Assembly (NCBI GenBank): GCA_937123825.1
Contig: CAKZKQ010000781.1
Location: 18,434 to 82,433, forward strand
DNA length: 64,000 nt
DNA from: an uncultured Pseudomonadota bacterium
GTDB taxonomy: Bacteria > Myxococcota_A > Bradymonadia > Bradymonadales > GCA-2716585
Direction: 5' to 3'
In this document: positions 16,656 through 25,240 of the stretch, in pieces
Numbering within the stretch: position 1 is the stretch's first letter
Layout: every line of letters begins with the position of its first letter
Made by a program: the position numbers and the translations under genes
Notes under the pieces: model-generated
The model's input: the letters and a program-made list of their open reading frames with translations, nothing else
What the model was told of the DNA's origin: nothing
Database searches by the model: none

Positions 16656-17825
16656 TCAAGCTCCAAAAGTCGGCAGCGCGTCCTGGTGACCCCTTTGGCG
16701 CTCAAGTTCGCCCAGGACCTCCCAAACCGCGCGGAGCAGCTCGGCCGGGGCCTGCGGCGCCGAGGACTGGAGCCGGGGTGGATGCGGCGAAGGGAGTTGT
16801 GGGGTCTTCAGTTCGCATTGAAAGCGGATTCGGGTGGTTTTGGCCAGGAGGGTGACCTGGAGGGTGCAGTTGTGCTTGTCGATGGGCCACCACCCCAGTT
16901 GAACCACGCTGACCAGACGCAAATCGATGCTTTGGGGCGGTTGGTCGTCCAGAGTGAGGCTCAACACGGTGTTTTGGAGCGTCGCAGCGCCGTCGGCCCG
17001 GCTTAAGGTGCGCTTCAGGCCCCTTTTGTCGTGGTGGTGCAGCGACCAACGGCGCTCTTTGGGGTGGTTGGTCTCAAACGGCAGTGGGGGATCGCTGGGG
17101 TGCAGCCGGTGGTTTCCGTCGGCGGCCAGCAGCGATTGGCCGTGGGTGTTGAGTTGTTTGGCGTCGGGGTTCCAGCGGCGCTCCAGATCAAAAGGGCTCA
17201 GCGTGTGCCCTGTGATGGCGGTGACCATGGCGGGGATGTAGTCCACATGAAGGTCTGTCAGCGCGCGCCGAATCTTTCGGTTGGAGCGCAGACCAGCAAG
17301 GATCGCCAGCAAGGCGGCGCCGTGAACCAAACCGATGCATTCAAAGCCAGGGAAGAGGATTCCAGCCTCCATCCACACAAACCCAGCCAGCCCCGCCGCG
17401 ATCAGGAGCGGTATGAGACCGAGGGTGAGCCCTATTGAGCGGCGGCGGCACCTCTTGAGCTCAAGCATCACATCGGGACGCAAAAGCGCCACAAGTTCAT
17501 CGGTCAGCGGCTCGGGGTTGGGGGGAGGTGTCTTTTGAGCGATGTCCATGGCCACTTCGGACACGTGCACCAGCGCCTTTGTCATAACCGCGTCGGGCAC
17601 AGCGCGGGTCAGCTTGTAGTGGCGATCGAGCTTTTGCCTTCGGATGAGATCCAACGACACCCGCTTGAACGCGTCGTGGTGGAGATCGAAGCGAAAAAAT
17701 GTGTTCACCGCCCATGGCATCACCAGGACGATCGGCAGCGGGATGAGCGCCAGATAAGCGAACCAGATGATGTCCAATCCGGGTAACAAGACATTCCTCC
17801 TAAAGGTTGACAGCCTTTGGGACAT
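16656..17825 (-). CDS. Membrane protein (about 4 TM segments) with a soluble C-terminal domain, function unknown
   Basis: TM segments include LLPGLDIIWFAYLALIPLPIVLVMPW, IGLTLGLIPLLIAAGLAGFVW and LVHGAALLAILAGL. It is tightly coupled to the downstream HEAT-AKR gene. The start is uncertain (ATG 17825 or TTG 17852). Confidence 0.5.
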   Translation of the reverse strand: MSQRLSTFRRNVLLPGLDIIWFAYLALIPLPIVLVMPWAVNTFFRFDLHHDAFKRVSLDLIRRQKLDRHYKLTRAVPDAVMTKALVHVSEVAMDIAQKTPPPNPEPLTDELVALLRPDVMLELKRCRRRSIGLTLGLIPLLIAAGLAGFVWMEAGILFPGFECIGLVHGAALLAILAGLRSNRKIRRALTDLHVDYIPAMVTAITGHTLSPFDLERRWNPDAKQLNTHGQSLLAADGNHRLHPSDPPLPFETNHPKERRWSLHHHDKRGLKRTLSRADGAATLQNTVLSLTLDDQPPQSIDLRLVSVVQLGWWPIDKHNCTLQVTLLAKTTRIRFQCELKTPQLPSPHPPRLQSSAPQAPAELLRAVWEVLGELERQRGHQDALPTFGA

Positions 17826-17938
17826 GATTAAATCGCCGGCCACCCAAATCAAGACACACAGGACCTACCCACAAGGGGTCAGGCTATGGGGTGCTCTGCG
17901 CCTGCTGATGGGCAGAGGTGCATCTGGAGGGTCGAACG

Positions 17939-19051
17939 ATGGTCGCAAAAGCCGCAAAGATCAAAATCAAAAATGGTGAAGCGTTTGACGTGGTCTTCTA
18001 CGCCAACCCTCGCAAAGAGAGCGCGTACCGGTTTCGGGCCACGCACATCGGCGAGCATCGGGCGCCGAAGGTGATCCTCTGTGACGATGGGCGGATTCAG
18101 CCTGGGAAGCTGACCAAGGTGCGGGTGGTGTCGGTGAAGAAGCCCGCCAGCCGCGATCGGGGCTTCATTGAGGTGGAGTACTTGAGCCAGGTGCGTTTTG
18201 CGCTCGACGACGGGATCTATGTGGACCGGATGTTGGCGCTCAAGCTCCAGGCGTTGCTGGAGAGCGGGTTGAACATCCTGCTCGATGGCCCACAGGGCTG
18301 CGGCAAGACGGTCTTGTCGCGCAAGATCGCCAAGGCTCTGGGGTTGGAGTACGTCTTCTTCAACTGCAGCGCGGTTTACGAGCCCACGGACTTTCTGGCC
18401 AGCCTCCAGGTCAAAGCCAACGACGCGGGGCAGGCCGAGACGGTGTGGATCCCGACAGACATCTTGCGTGCCTTGGAGGCAGCGCACGCCGAGCCCAACC
18501 GCCGGTTCCTGATCTTCCTCGACGAGTTCAACCGCTGCCGTGAGATGGCCCGCAACGGCATCATGCCGGCGCTGGATTCGACCCGCAAGATGTTCAACCC
18601 GCTGACGGGAAGCTCGATGATGATCCCGGACAACGTGTTGTGGATCGCGGCGATCAACAACGGGGCGCAGTTTACGGGCACCACGAGCGTGGACCCGGCC
18701 CAGTTGGATCGTTTTGCGCCGTTGAAGATCGGCTACATGCCCGATCAAGAGGAAACCCGGCTTCTGGTCCGCCGCAACCCCAGCGTGCCCCGGGCTCAGA
18801 TCGTCAAAGTCGTCCAAGCGGCCAACGCCGTACGGAGCGATGACGAGTTGGGCGTCGATTTGAGCATGCGGGCGACCGAAGAGGTCTGCACGTTGCTGGG
18901 TCACCCCAACTTTATGAGCAAAGAAGGTCAGGATCCGGTCCCCGAGCTGCTCAAGTCGAGCTTTTGCGGCCGCTTTCAGGGCACCTGGGACGATCCGACC
19001 TCGGATGCGGGCCTGGTCTGGCAGACCATTGTCCGCGCATTGGGGCTCTAG
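17939..19051 (+). CDS. AAA_5 / MoxR-like AAA+ ATPase with an extra ~115-aa N-terminal domain
   Basis: GGAGG at 17926-17930 precedes the ATG at 17939. Walker A is LLDGPQGCGKT (GKT at 18302-18310). Walker B is FLIFLDEFNR. Further blocks are WIAAINNG and QLDRF. Confidence 0.85.
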   Translation: MVAKAAKIKIKNGEAFDVVFYANPRKESAYRFRATHIGEHRAPKVILCDDGRIQPGKLTKVRVVSVKKPASRDRGFIEVEYLSQVRFALDDGIYVDRMLALKLQALLESGLNILLDGPQGCGKTVLSRKIAKALGLEYVFFNCSAVYEPTDFLASLQVKANDAGQAETVWIPTDILRALEAAHAEPNRRFLIFLDEFNRCREMARNGIMPALDSTRKMFNPLTGSSMMIPDNVLWIAAINNGAQFTGTTSVDPAQLDRFAPLKIGYMPDQEETRLLVRRNPSVPRAQIVKVVQAANAVRSDDELGVDLSMRATEEVCTLLGHPNFMSKEGQDPVPELLKSSFCGRFQGTWDDPTSDAGLVWQTIVRALGL

Positions 19052-19135
19052 GCCCTGTCTGACCGCTGTCAGACACGGCTTTAAGAGCACGTTTGCGCCT
19101 TGCGCGCAGACCAAAAGGCCTGGAGGGCCTGTGTC

Positions 19136-22100
19136 ATGGCTGGTTTTGAGCACATTGTTGATCTGAACGCACTCCAAACGCTGGCGTTGGCGCACAGCGC
19201 GGACCCAGAGACGCTCATTTTGGTGCTTGAGCGCGTCTCCAAGGTGGGCACGCTCGCCGCACAGCCCATCTTGCAGCACTGGTTTGAGCACACTCAGGAC
19301 CCACGGGTCTTTAGAGCGGCGCTGAATGGGCTGGCGAGCGTGTGCGATGACCGCGCCGAGGCGCTGGTGGATGGTGCGGTGGGGGAAAAACGCTTTCTGA
19401 GGGAGGTGTTGGACCACGTGTGCGCCGATCTAGCCCGTGGTGGCAAGGGCATCTCGCGTCTGGTGGTCAAATTCACAGAGGACAACCCGCAGTTGCGCCG
19501 CTTGTGCGTCGATGCAGTCCTCAAAGAGGGTGTCAAAACGGGTTGGGAGCGGTTGGAGCCAGCGATTGAAGATATCGGCTGGGAGCATGACGCGCTGCTG
19601 CTGGCCGACATTGGCGCGTGGGTCAGAGATTTGCCCGAAGGCGAAGCCAAATCACGACAGTTGGAGGCCCTCTGGGAGGTCTTGGGCAAACGCTTTACAG
19701 AGTTGGACGACGACGACGGCATCGGAACGCTGGAGACGCTGTGGGAATGCGACTGGCCGCTGCGCATGATCGCGGTGGAGGACATGCTGAAGTCCGAAGA
19801 GTACGACGCGAGGGTGTGCGCGGTGCAACTTTTGGCCACCACTGGTGATGAGAAGCACCTCAAAGCGCTGCTGGAGGCGGCCAAGCTCGATTCTGATGAC
19901 GATGTGCGGTGCGCCGCCCTGCATGCGCTCTTTAAAGTGAACCACGAGATCGCGCTGAAGACGGCGCGGCGCGCGCTCAGGCGCGACAAGAACGCCAAGG
20001 TCCGCGCCGAGGCGTGCAAAATGCTCAAAGATCACGGCGACGCGGCGCAAGATCGGGAGCGTTTGCTCAAACTGTTGCGACACGATCAAGAAGAAGCGCC
20101 TGCGTTGGCTGCGTTTGAAACGCTGAAGCACCTGGTGCCCAACGAAATGTTGGAGGTGGCGCTCGATTTGCTCGGCGATCAGCGCAGTTTTGTGGCCAAG
20201 GAGGCGCTGGCGCACTGCGATCAAGCCGACAGCGTGGACGAGACGTGCGAGGCGTTGACCAAAGCCCTTAAAACGGCCACACCTGAGTTGGTGGATGCAG
20301 CCATAGCGTGGTCAAACCAACGTGCCCCCAAGAAAACCAAGGCGCTGGTGAGCTCTGCCATGGAAAATCCGGACGCCAAGGCGCAGTTGAAACTGAGTCA
20401 GGCGCTGGAGTCCATTGGAGACAGGCGCTTTATGGGTCTGCTCAAGCAACAGGCTCAGTCGGGCAACGGCCAGATCCGCGTTGCTGCGCTGCAGGCCATG
20501 CGCAAGGTGGCACCGGAACACAACCGGTCACTGACGGAGCCCTTTTTGGGGGACTGTAACGCCGCTGTGCGCGCCAAAGCGGTGGCTGGGCTGGTGGATG
20601 ACGAGAGCCGCTGGGCGTTGGAGGCTGCCCTCAAGGCAGCGCGAGACGAGAGTATGGACGTCCGCATCGAGGCGCTGCGTGCGATGCGCAAGTTTGATGA
20701 TCCGCGCGTCTTTGCCGAGTTGGTCTCTTCGCTCAACGATGTGACATCCAATGTCCGCGACATCGCAACGGGCATCCTCACGGGCGCACAGGGGCCAGTG
20801 CCGTCGCTGGATCGGGTTCAGATGCAGTGGGGCCGTGGTTCGCAGCCCGTTTGGGAGGTGGTGCGCCGAAGGGTGGAAGCCATCAACCGTTGGGCGGTCT
20901 TTATGGGGCAGGAGCTGCTTGGCAAACCTGTGGTTGTGCACCAGTACCGCCAGGGTTTGGGCCGAACCCACGCCGCCAACCCCTCCACTGGAACGGTGGA
21001 GATCGAGGTGTCGGACACGCCGGTCACCAGCGGCCATCCGCACGGCGAGGAGGTCATGAAGGGGCTGGTGCTGCACGAGTTGGGGCACCACCTGTGTGAC
21101 ATCGGGGTGCGTGGGCACCACACGATGCGCAGCATCGCCCGCTCAGCGAAGATCAAGGATATCTACGACATCCTGATCGACGAGCGCCTTGAGCGGACGC
21201 TTCGCTCTCGGCGCCCGGCCTGGGGGCTCTACTTCGACCGGCTGGCGTCGTACGCCTTTGCTCAGGATGAGCATCGGATGGGTTTGGAGCAGTTGGCACA
21301 GCTCATTGGCCGCGACGATGTGCGCCAGGTGCGCGACGAGATCATCCAAGGGGTACTGCCTGGGCGGCTGGTGTCACCTGAAGACGGGTCGTTGGGCGAA
21401 GATGCACAGGTGGCGCTGCGCGACAGCGATCTTCTGGGGCTGCCAGGGGTGGTGCCGCTGACGATGGGCTTTTTGTGGTGTCTGCGCTGTGGGTTTGACC
21501 CCAGGCTGCACCATGATCCCAGGGTGGCCGAGGCGGTGTCGCTGGTGCCCACCGGTCTGCGCCACATCAACCACGCCGGGGTGCTGAAGGTGGCCCGGGA
21601 GGTGGCGCGGGTCTTGGAGCACGAGGACGGTGAGGCGCAGGAGCAAATGCAGCGCATGACCCGCCTTGGTCAGTGCGGATCGCTGGGGAGTGTGCTTGGT
21701 CGTCTTTCGGATGCCAACATGCTGCCAGAGAGCCACATCCAGGACGGCGCTAACATCCGCCAGACGCCAGAACCCAAGGTGAAGATCGTCACCGAGACCA
21801 AACCGCCGGACAAACGGCGAGGTCGCGGGGGTCAGACGCTTAACCTGGGCGATGACATCGACTTTCCGCGTCTGAAGGAGCGCCGCCAGCCCAAAGGCGA
21901 TGCAGGGGCGGAGTCGCATCTGGTCGCAGGGGTGCGCAAGCATGTGCGGCGCTTGAGGGGTTATATGGAGCGGCTGGGCCGCGGCGAGGTGGAAGAGTAC
22001 GCTTCGCGTCGCGGTCGTCGTTTGGATATGGCCCAGGCGCGCAAGGTGGCTTGGAGCGGTCGGCCCAACCTCCTGGTGCACAACCGCCAGGAGATCGACG

Positions 22101-22609
22101 CCGATGCGTACATCGGGCTCTTGATCGACGCGTCGGGCTCGATGAGTGGTCGGCGCTTGCAGTTGGCGCAGTCGTTTGGGGCGTTGGTGACGGAGAGCGC
22201 GCGCGGTTTGCGTGGCCTTGAGGGCCGCGTGGATGGCTTTGACGACCAATTCTACTACGAGTTGGGTGATTTTCAGCGCCACAACATCAGCGCGTTGGAG
22301 TCAGGAGGCGGCAACAATGACTCGGGGGCGCTCCTGGTGGCGGCACAGCACGCGCTGGCCAGCCGCAAGCGCAACCGCTTGCTGGTGATGATCAGCGATG
22401 GTTCTCCGAGCGCTTGCACGGTGGAGTCGCTGCGTCGGTTGGTGGGGCGCTTGACGCGTCAGCATGGGATCATCTGCGCTCAGGCAGCGGTGGCGTCCAT
22501 CGATCATCAGGCCTTTGCCCACAGCATCGACCTGACGGACGTGGGGACGGACGTGGCGGTGGCCCGCTTTGGGGCCATGCTGATGCGCTTGACGCGCCGC
22601 TGGCGGTAG
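19136..22609 (+). CDS. Giant HEAT-repeat + HExxH metallopeptidase-like + vWA (MIDAS) protein, presumed partner of the AAA_5 ATPase
   Basis: GGAGGG at 19122-19127 precedes the ATG at 19136. About 560 aa of HEAT units (DPRVFRAALNGL, DDDVRCAALHAL, NAKVRAEACKML, NGQIRVAALQAM, NAAVRAKAVAGL, SMDVRIEALRAM, TSNVRDIATGIL). HELGH at 21074-21088. The vWA domain has DASGS at 22127-22141 and LLVMISDGSP. Confidence 0.8.
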   Translation: MAGFEHIVDLNALQTLALAHSADPETLILVLERVSKVGTLAAQPILQHWFEHTQDPRVFRAALNGLASVCDDRAEALVDGAVGEKRFLREVLDHVCADLARGGKGISRLVVKFTEDNPQLRRLCVDAVLKEGVKTGWERLEPAIEDIGWEHDALLLADIGAWVRDLPEGEAKSRQLEALWEVLGKRFTELDDDDGIGTLETLWECDWPLRMIAVEDMLKSEEYDARVCAVQLLATTGDEKHLKALLEAAKLDSDDDVRCAALHALFKVNHEIALKTARRALRRDKNAKVRAEACKMLKDHGDAAQDRERLLKLLRHDQEEAPALAAFETLKHLVPNEMLEVALDLLGDQRSFVAKEALAHCDQADSVDETCEALTKALKTATPELVDAAIAWSNQRAPKKTKALVSSAMENPDAKAQLKLSQALESIGDRRFMGLLKQQAQSGNGQIRVAALQAMRKVAPEHNRSLTEPFLGDCNAAVRAKAVAGLVDDESRWALEAALKAARDESMDVRIEALRAMRKFDDPRVFAELVSSLNDVTSNVRDIATGILTGAQGPVPSLDRVQMQWGRGSQPVWEVVRRRVEAINRWAVFMGQELLGKPVVVHQYRQGLGRTHAANPSTGTVEIEVSDTPVTSGHPHGEEVMKGLVLHELGHHLCDIGVRGHHTMRSIARSAKIKDIYDILIDERLERTLRSRRPAWGLYFDRLASYAFAQDEHRMGLEQLAQLIGRDDVRQVRDEIIQGVLPGRLVSPEDGSLGEDAQVALRDSDLLGLPGVVPLTMGFLWCLRCGFDPRLHHDPRVAEAVSLVPTGLRHINHAGVLKVAREVARVLEHEDGEAQEQMQRMTRLGQCGSLGSVLGRLSDANMLPESHIQDGANIRQTPEPKVKIVTETKPPDKRRGRGGQTLNLGDDIDFPRLKERRQPKGDAGAESHLVAGVRKHVRRLRGYMERLGRGEVEEYASRRGRRLDMAQARKVAWSGRPNLLVHNRQEIDADAYIGLLIDASGSMSGRRLQLAQSFGALVTESARGLRGLEGRVDGFDDQFYYELGDFQRHNISALESGGGNNDSGALLVAAQHALASRKRNRLLVMISDGSPSACTVESLRRLVGRLTRQHGIICAQAAVASIDHQAFAHSIDLTDVGTDVAVARFGAMLMRLTRRWR

Positions 22610-22801
22610 GTGGCAGGGCGGCGCCAGCTCGCCCGGTCACCCAAACGCCAGCGGTGCACCAAGGTCACCATGGAGCAGGCTCCGGTCAGACCGGGCGAGC
22701 TGACGCCGGTCTGGCCTTTTCTTTAGGACGAGGGGTCGGCGGGGGCGGAGGCCGGTGGGGCCGGGCGAGCTGGCGCCGCCCTGGCCTGTGGGGTCGGTGT
22801 G

Positions 22802-24019
22802 TCACTCCCCTTCACCGTCCATGCAGCGGAAGGCGGTGTAGTCGTTGCCTTCGAGGTCAACCTCGGGGTAGTCGATGCAAACCTGACCGCTGGGGCAGTC
22901 GCCGAAGCCGTCCACACCGCACTCGCCGTCGCCTTCGGTGTCTTCGCAGCGCCAGATCGTCTCGCCGTCCTCGCCCAGCGGGTAGGCAAAGCAAGCCTGA
23001 CCCAGGGGACACGCGCCGAACTCGTCACCGCACAACTCCTCACCGTCCCCTTCGCCGACCATGCAACGGAAGGCCGTGTACTCCTCGCCGTTGTTGTCGA
23101 TGTCGATGTACTCGACACACACATCGCCGTTGGGGCAGGTGCCAAAGCCGTCCACACCACACTCGCCGTCGCCCTCGCCGTCCATGCAGCGGAAGGCGGT
23201 GTACTCCACGCCGTCGGCGCCTTCTTCGGGGTAGTCGATGCAGACCTGACCATCGGGGCAAGCACCAAAGCCGTCGATGCCGCACTCGCCGTCGCCTTCG
23301 GTGTCCTCACAGCGCCAAACCGTCTCTTCACCGTCGCCCAGCGGGTAGGCGAAGCAGGCTTGACCGTCGGGGCAGGAGCCAAAATCGGCGCCGCAGGTCG
23401 CCTCGGCCGAGATGCAGCGGTTGATGAAGATCTCGTTGCCTTCCTCGTCGATGTCGTTGAAGTACGCCTCGCAGATTTGACCGGGGGAGCAGTCGTCGTT
23501 GATCTGGCATTCTCCGGCGTTGTCACCAGGACAGGGGCCTTCGCTGACGATGTTGATGCCTGCGCGGGCAGCCTCGCAGGCATTGTTGTAGCTGGTCCCG
23601 TCGCACCCGCAGAAGGTGTGGGCGTGCTCCAGGCAGTTGTCGGGCAGCGGGCGGCAGGTTCCGGCCGTGTCCGAGATGCCACAGGCCAGCACCGGGTTGG
23701 TGTGATCGTAGTGGCAGTACTCGCCTTCACCGCAGAACTCCAATCCAAACTGGGAGCAGGTCCTGTACTCGACGTTCTCGCAGTCGGGGTCGGGTTTGGG
23801 GCAAGCGTTGTCGCACTCACCGTCGCCGTACCAGCCGTTTTCTTCGCAGTGATCCACGACGTTGGCGTCATCGCCCTTGCCCACGCGGTTGTCGAACACT
23901 TCGTCCTTTGAAGGGCCCGACGGGAGGCTGGAGGCTCCCTCATCGGTGGCGGTGTTCTGAACACAAGCGGCCAGTTGAGCGGCGATGAAGACGATGGTCA
24001 GGGCGGCAATCTTGTTCAT
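22802..24019 (-). CDS. Lipoprotein with a Kazal-like module and five tandem Cys-rich acidic repeats
   Basis: Signal plus lipobox (FIAAQLAAC). Kazal-like core CGCDGTSYNNACEAARAGINIVSEGPC. The repeats are ...FG.CP.GQ.C..YP......Y/W.(AF)RC.DGEGDGECG.DG... arranged in an A-B-B-A-B pattern. Confidence 0.7.
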   Translation of the reverse strand: MNKIAALTIVFIAAQLAACVQNTATDEGASSLPSGPSKDEVFDNRVGKGDDANVVDHCEENGWYGDGECDNACPKPDPDCENVEYRTCSQFGLEFCGEGEYCHYDHTNPVLACGISDTAGTCRPLPDNCLEHAHTFCGCDGTSYNNACEAARAGINIVSEGPCPGDNAGECQINDDCSPGQICEAYFNDIDEEGNEIFINRCISAEATCGADFGSCPDGQACFAYPLGDGEETVWRCEDTEGDGECGIDGFGACPDGQVCIDYPEEGADGVEYTAFRCMDGEGDGECGVDGFGTCPNGDVCVEYIDIDNNGEEYTAFRCMVGEGDGEELCGDEFGACPLGQACFAYPLGEDGETIWRCEDTEGDGECGVDGFGDCPSGQVCIDYPEVDLEGNDYTAFRCMDGEGE

Positions 24020-25207
24020 GGTGTTGTCACTCTTGGTGTGTGGATCAGCCAGGGTCTCGAATCCTCACAAGCGGTGCCTCGACTTGCGATGCTGGCCTGA
24101 AGAGCAAATTGCGAACCACATTCGCGAACAAAGTTCACTTTCTATAAAAACATCGAATTGGCGGCCCTTCACGTTCTTAAAGTGCCGGGATGAGAGACAA
24201 GGGAAACGCCGCATCCGGATCCTGGAGTAGCCACCTGAAGTGGTCAGTGGCCTTGGTGGGTGGTGACAAGTGTCCTCAGGAGCGCTCTGGCGGACTTTTT
24301 GAGGGCACGGGGGTTGCGCAAGGCGCGGTGATGACCAAATACACGTCTCCCAAAGTCGCCTGGGGGTGTGATTGAGCAACGCACCCAGGGGAGACGGCGG
24401 GTTGGCTTCGGGCGCTGCGCAATGTCGCAGCGCGCCCCTCCGGCCAGAGGCCTTGTGCTGGCGCTCCTGGCGTTGGTAAAGGGTCGATGAAGGCTCGGGT
24501 TCAAGGGGACAGATCGGTATCCTGCTGGAGGTTGCCGGCGTCGGGCGAACAGATCCCTACAGAATAGCCACACCAGGCGTTCGCAAGATCAAATCTGTTC
24601 ATGGACGTAAAACTGCTCAGGTGACGCGCTGGTAAGAAGGCGCGTGACGGTCAGGCGCGGGGCCTGGATAAGCCAACACCGCGCTTGAAAATCCGCCAGC
24701 GCTCCTGGCGGATGGGCTCTGGAACGATCGGGGTGTTCGAGGGAGACCTCTGGCGACCCACCAGAGCAGCCCACGGGGAGTTTTCCCTGTATCGGGCCGC
24801 CCTGACCTCTTATGAAGTCGGGGTTGATGGTGCATCCAATGCGGGTGCGCCCCGGATCGTCGTCCTCAACCTGCGCGGGTCTCTTTTGGGGCCGAGCGTG
24901 GGTTCAAGGTGCAACACGCGGAGAGTGTTTGCAGGCTTTGTGGGTTGGCGCCCGCAAGGCGGAAGGGGGTTGGCGCAAGCCGCGCCCCTTCCCGATCCCC
25001 GCGTTGAGGCAAGACCGCAAGGCTCAGACACACGGACACCTGAAGGTTGTAAAAGGGGAACTGTGCCGTGTCAGCCAGGCGAAGAGGCCCACAATATTGT
25101 GGGCTGGTCCAACGCGCGCCGCTGTGGATCACAGCCGTGTTTGATGTCCGCTGCCGTTAAGGCGCCGCGGGTGTTGTTGCACCGACCAGGCAAAAGCAAA
25201 GAAGCAA
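24020..25207 (+). other. Long ORF-poor, highly structured region (candidate large ncRNA or long regulatory leader)
   Basis: No credible CDS in six frames. Perfect hairpins at 24412-24433, 24624-24645, 24691-24713 and 24748-24766. An 18-nt palindrome at 25087-25104. Five GCAAG (GNRA-type) motifs near 24318, 24583, 24954, 24975 and 25017. The region ends at an intrinsic terminator. Confidence 0.4.
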
Positions 25208-25240
25208 GACCCGGATCACGGCCATGATCCGGGTTTTGTG
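25208..25240 (+). terminator. Rho-independent terminator
   Basis: acccggatca (25209-25218) pairs with tgatccgggt (25225-25234), followed by tttgtg. It lies about 155 nt upstream of the creD-like start, and no annotated plus-strand gene ends here. Confidence 0.65.

Noticed and set aside
15329-16855. 508-aa plus-strand ORF, plus several 200-240-aa ORFs at 14532-16689
   Set aside because: They are antisense to the HEAT-AKR gene, with extreme Arg/Pro/Gln content and no motifs.
17879-19417. 512-aa minus-strand ORF
   Set aside because: It is antisense to the AAA_5 ATPase gene, whose sense frame carries clear Walker A/B motifs. The ORF itself is Arg/Gly/His/Pro-rich with no motifs. This is a typical shadow ORF in GC-rich DNA.
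22414-23964. Alternative-frame ORFs of 336, 413 and 370 aa over the Cys-repeat lipoprotein gene
   Set aside because: They are Arg/Pro/Thr/Ala-rich off-frame translations. Only the 22802-24019 minus frame gives a signal peptide, a Kazal-like motif and regular Cys spacing.
24685-25227. 180-aa plus-strand ORF inside the long non-coding region
   Set aside because: It has Arg/Gly/Pro-rich low-complexity composition and no SD. It ends inside the terminator hairpin, and an overlapping alternative ORF (24812-25144) is equally poor. I treated the region as non-coding.
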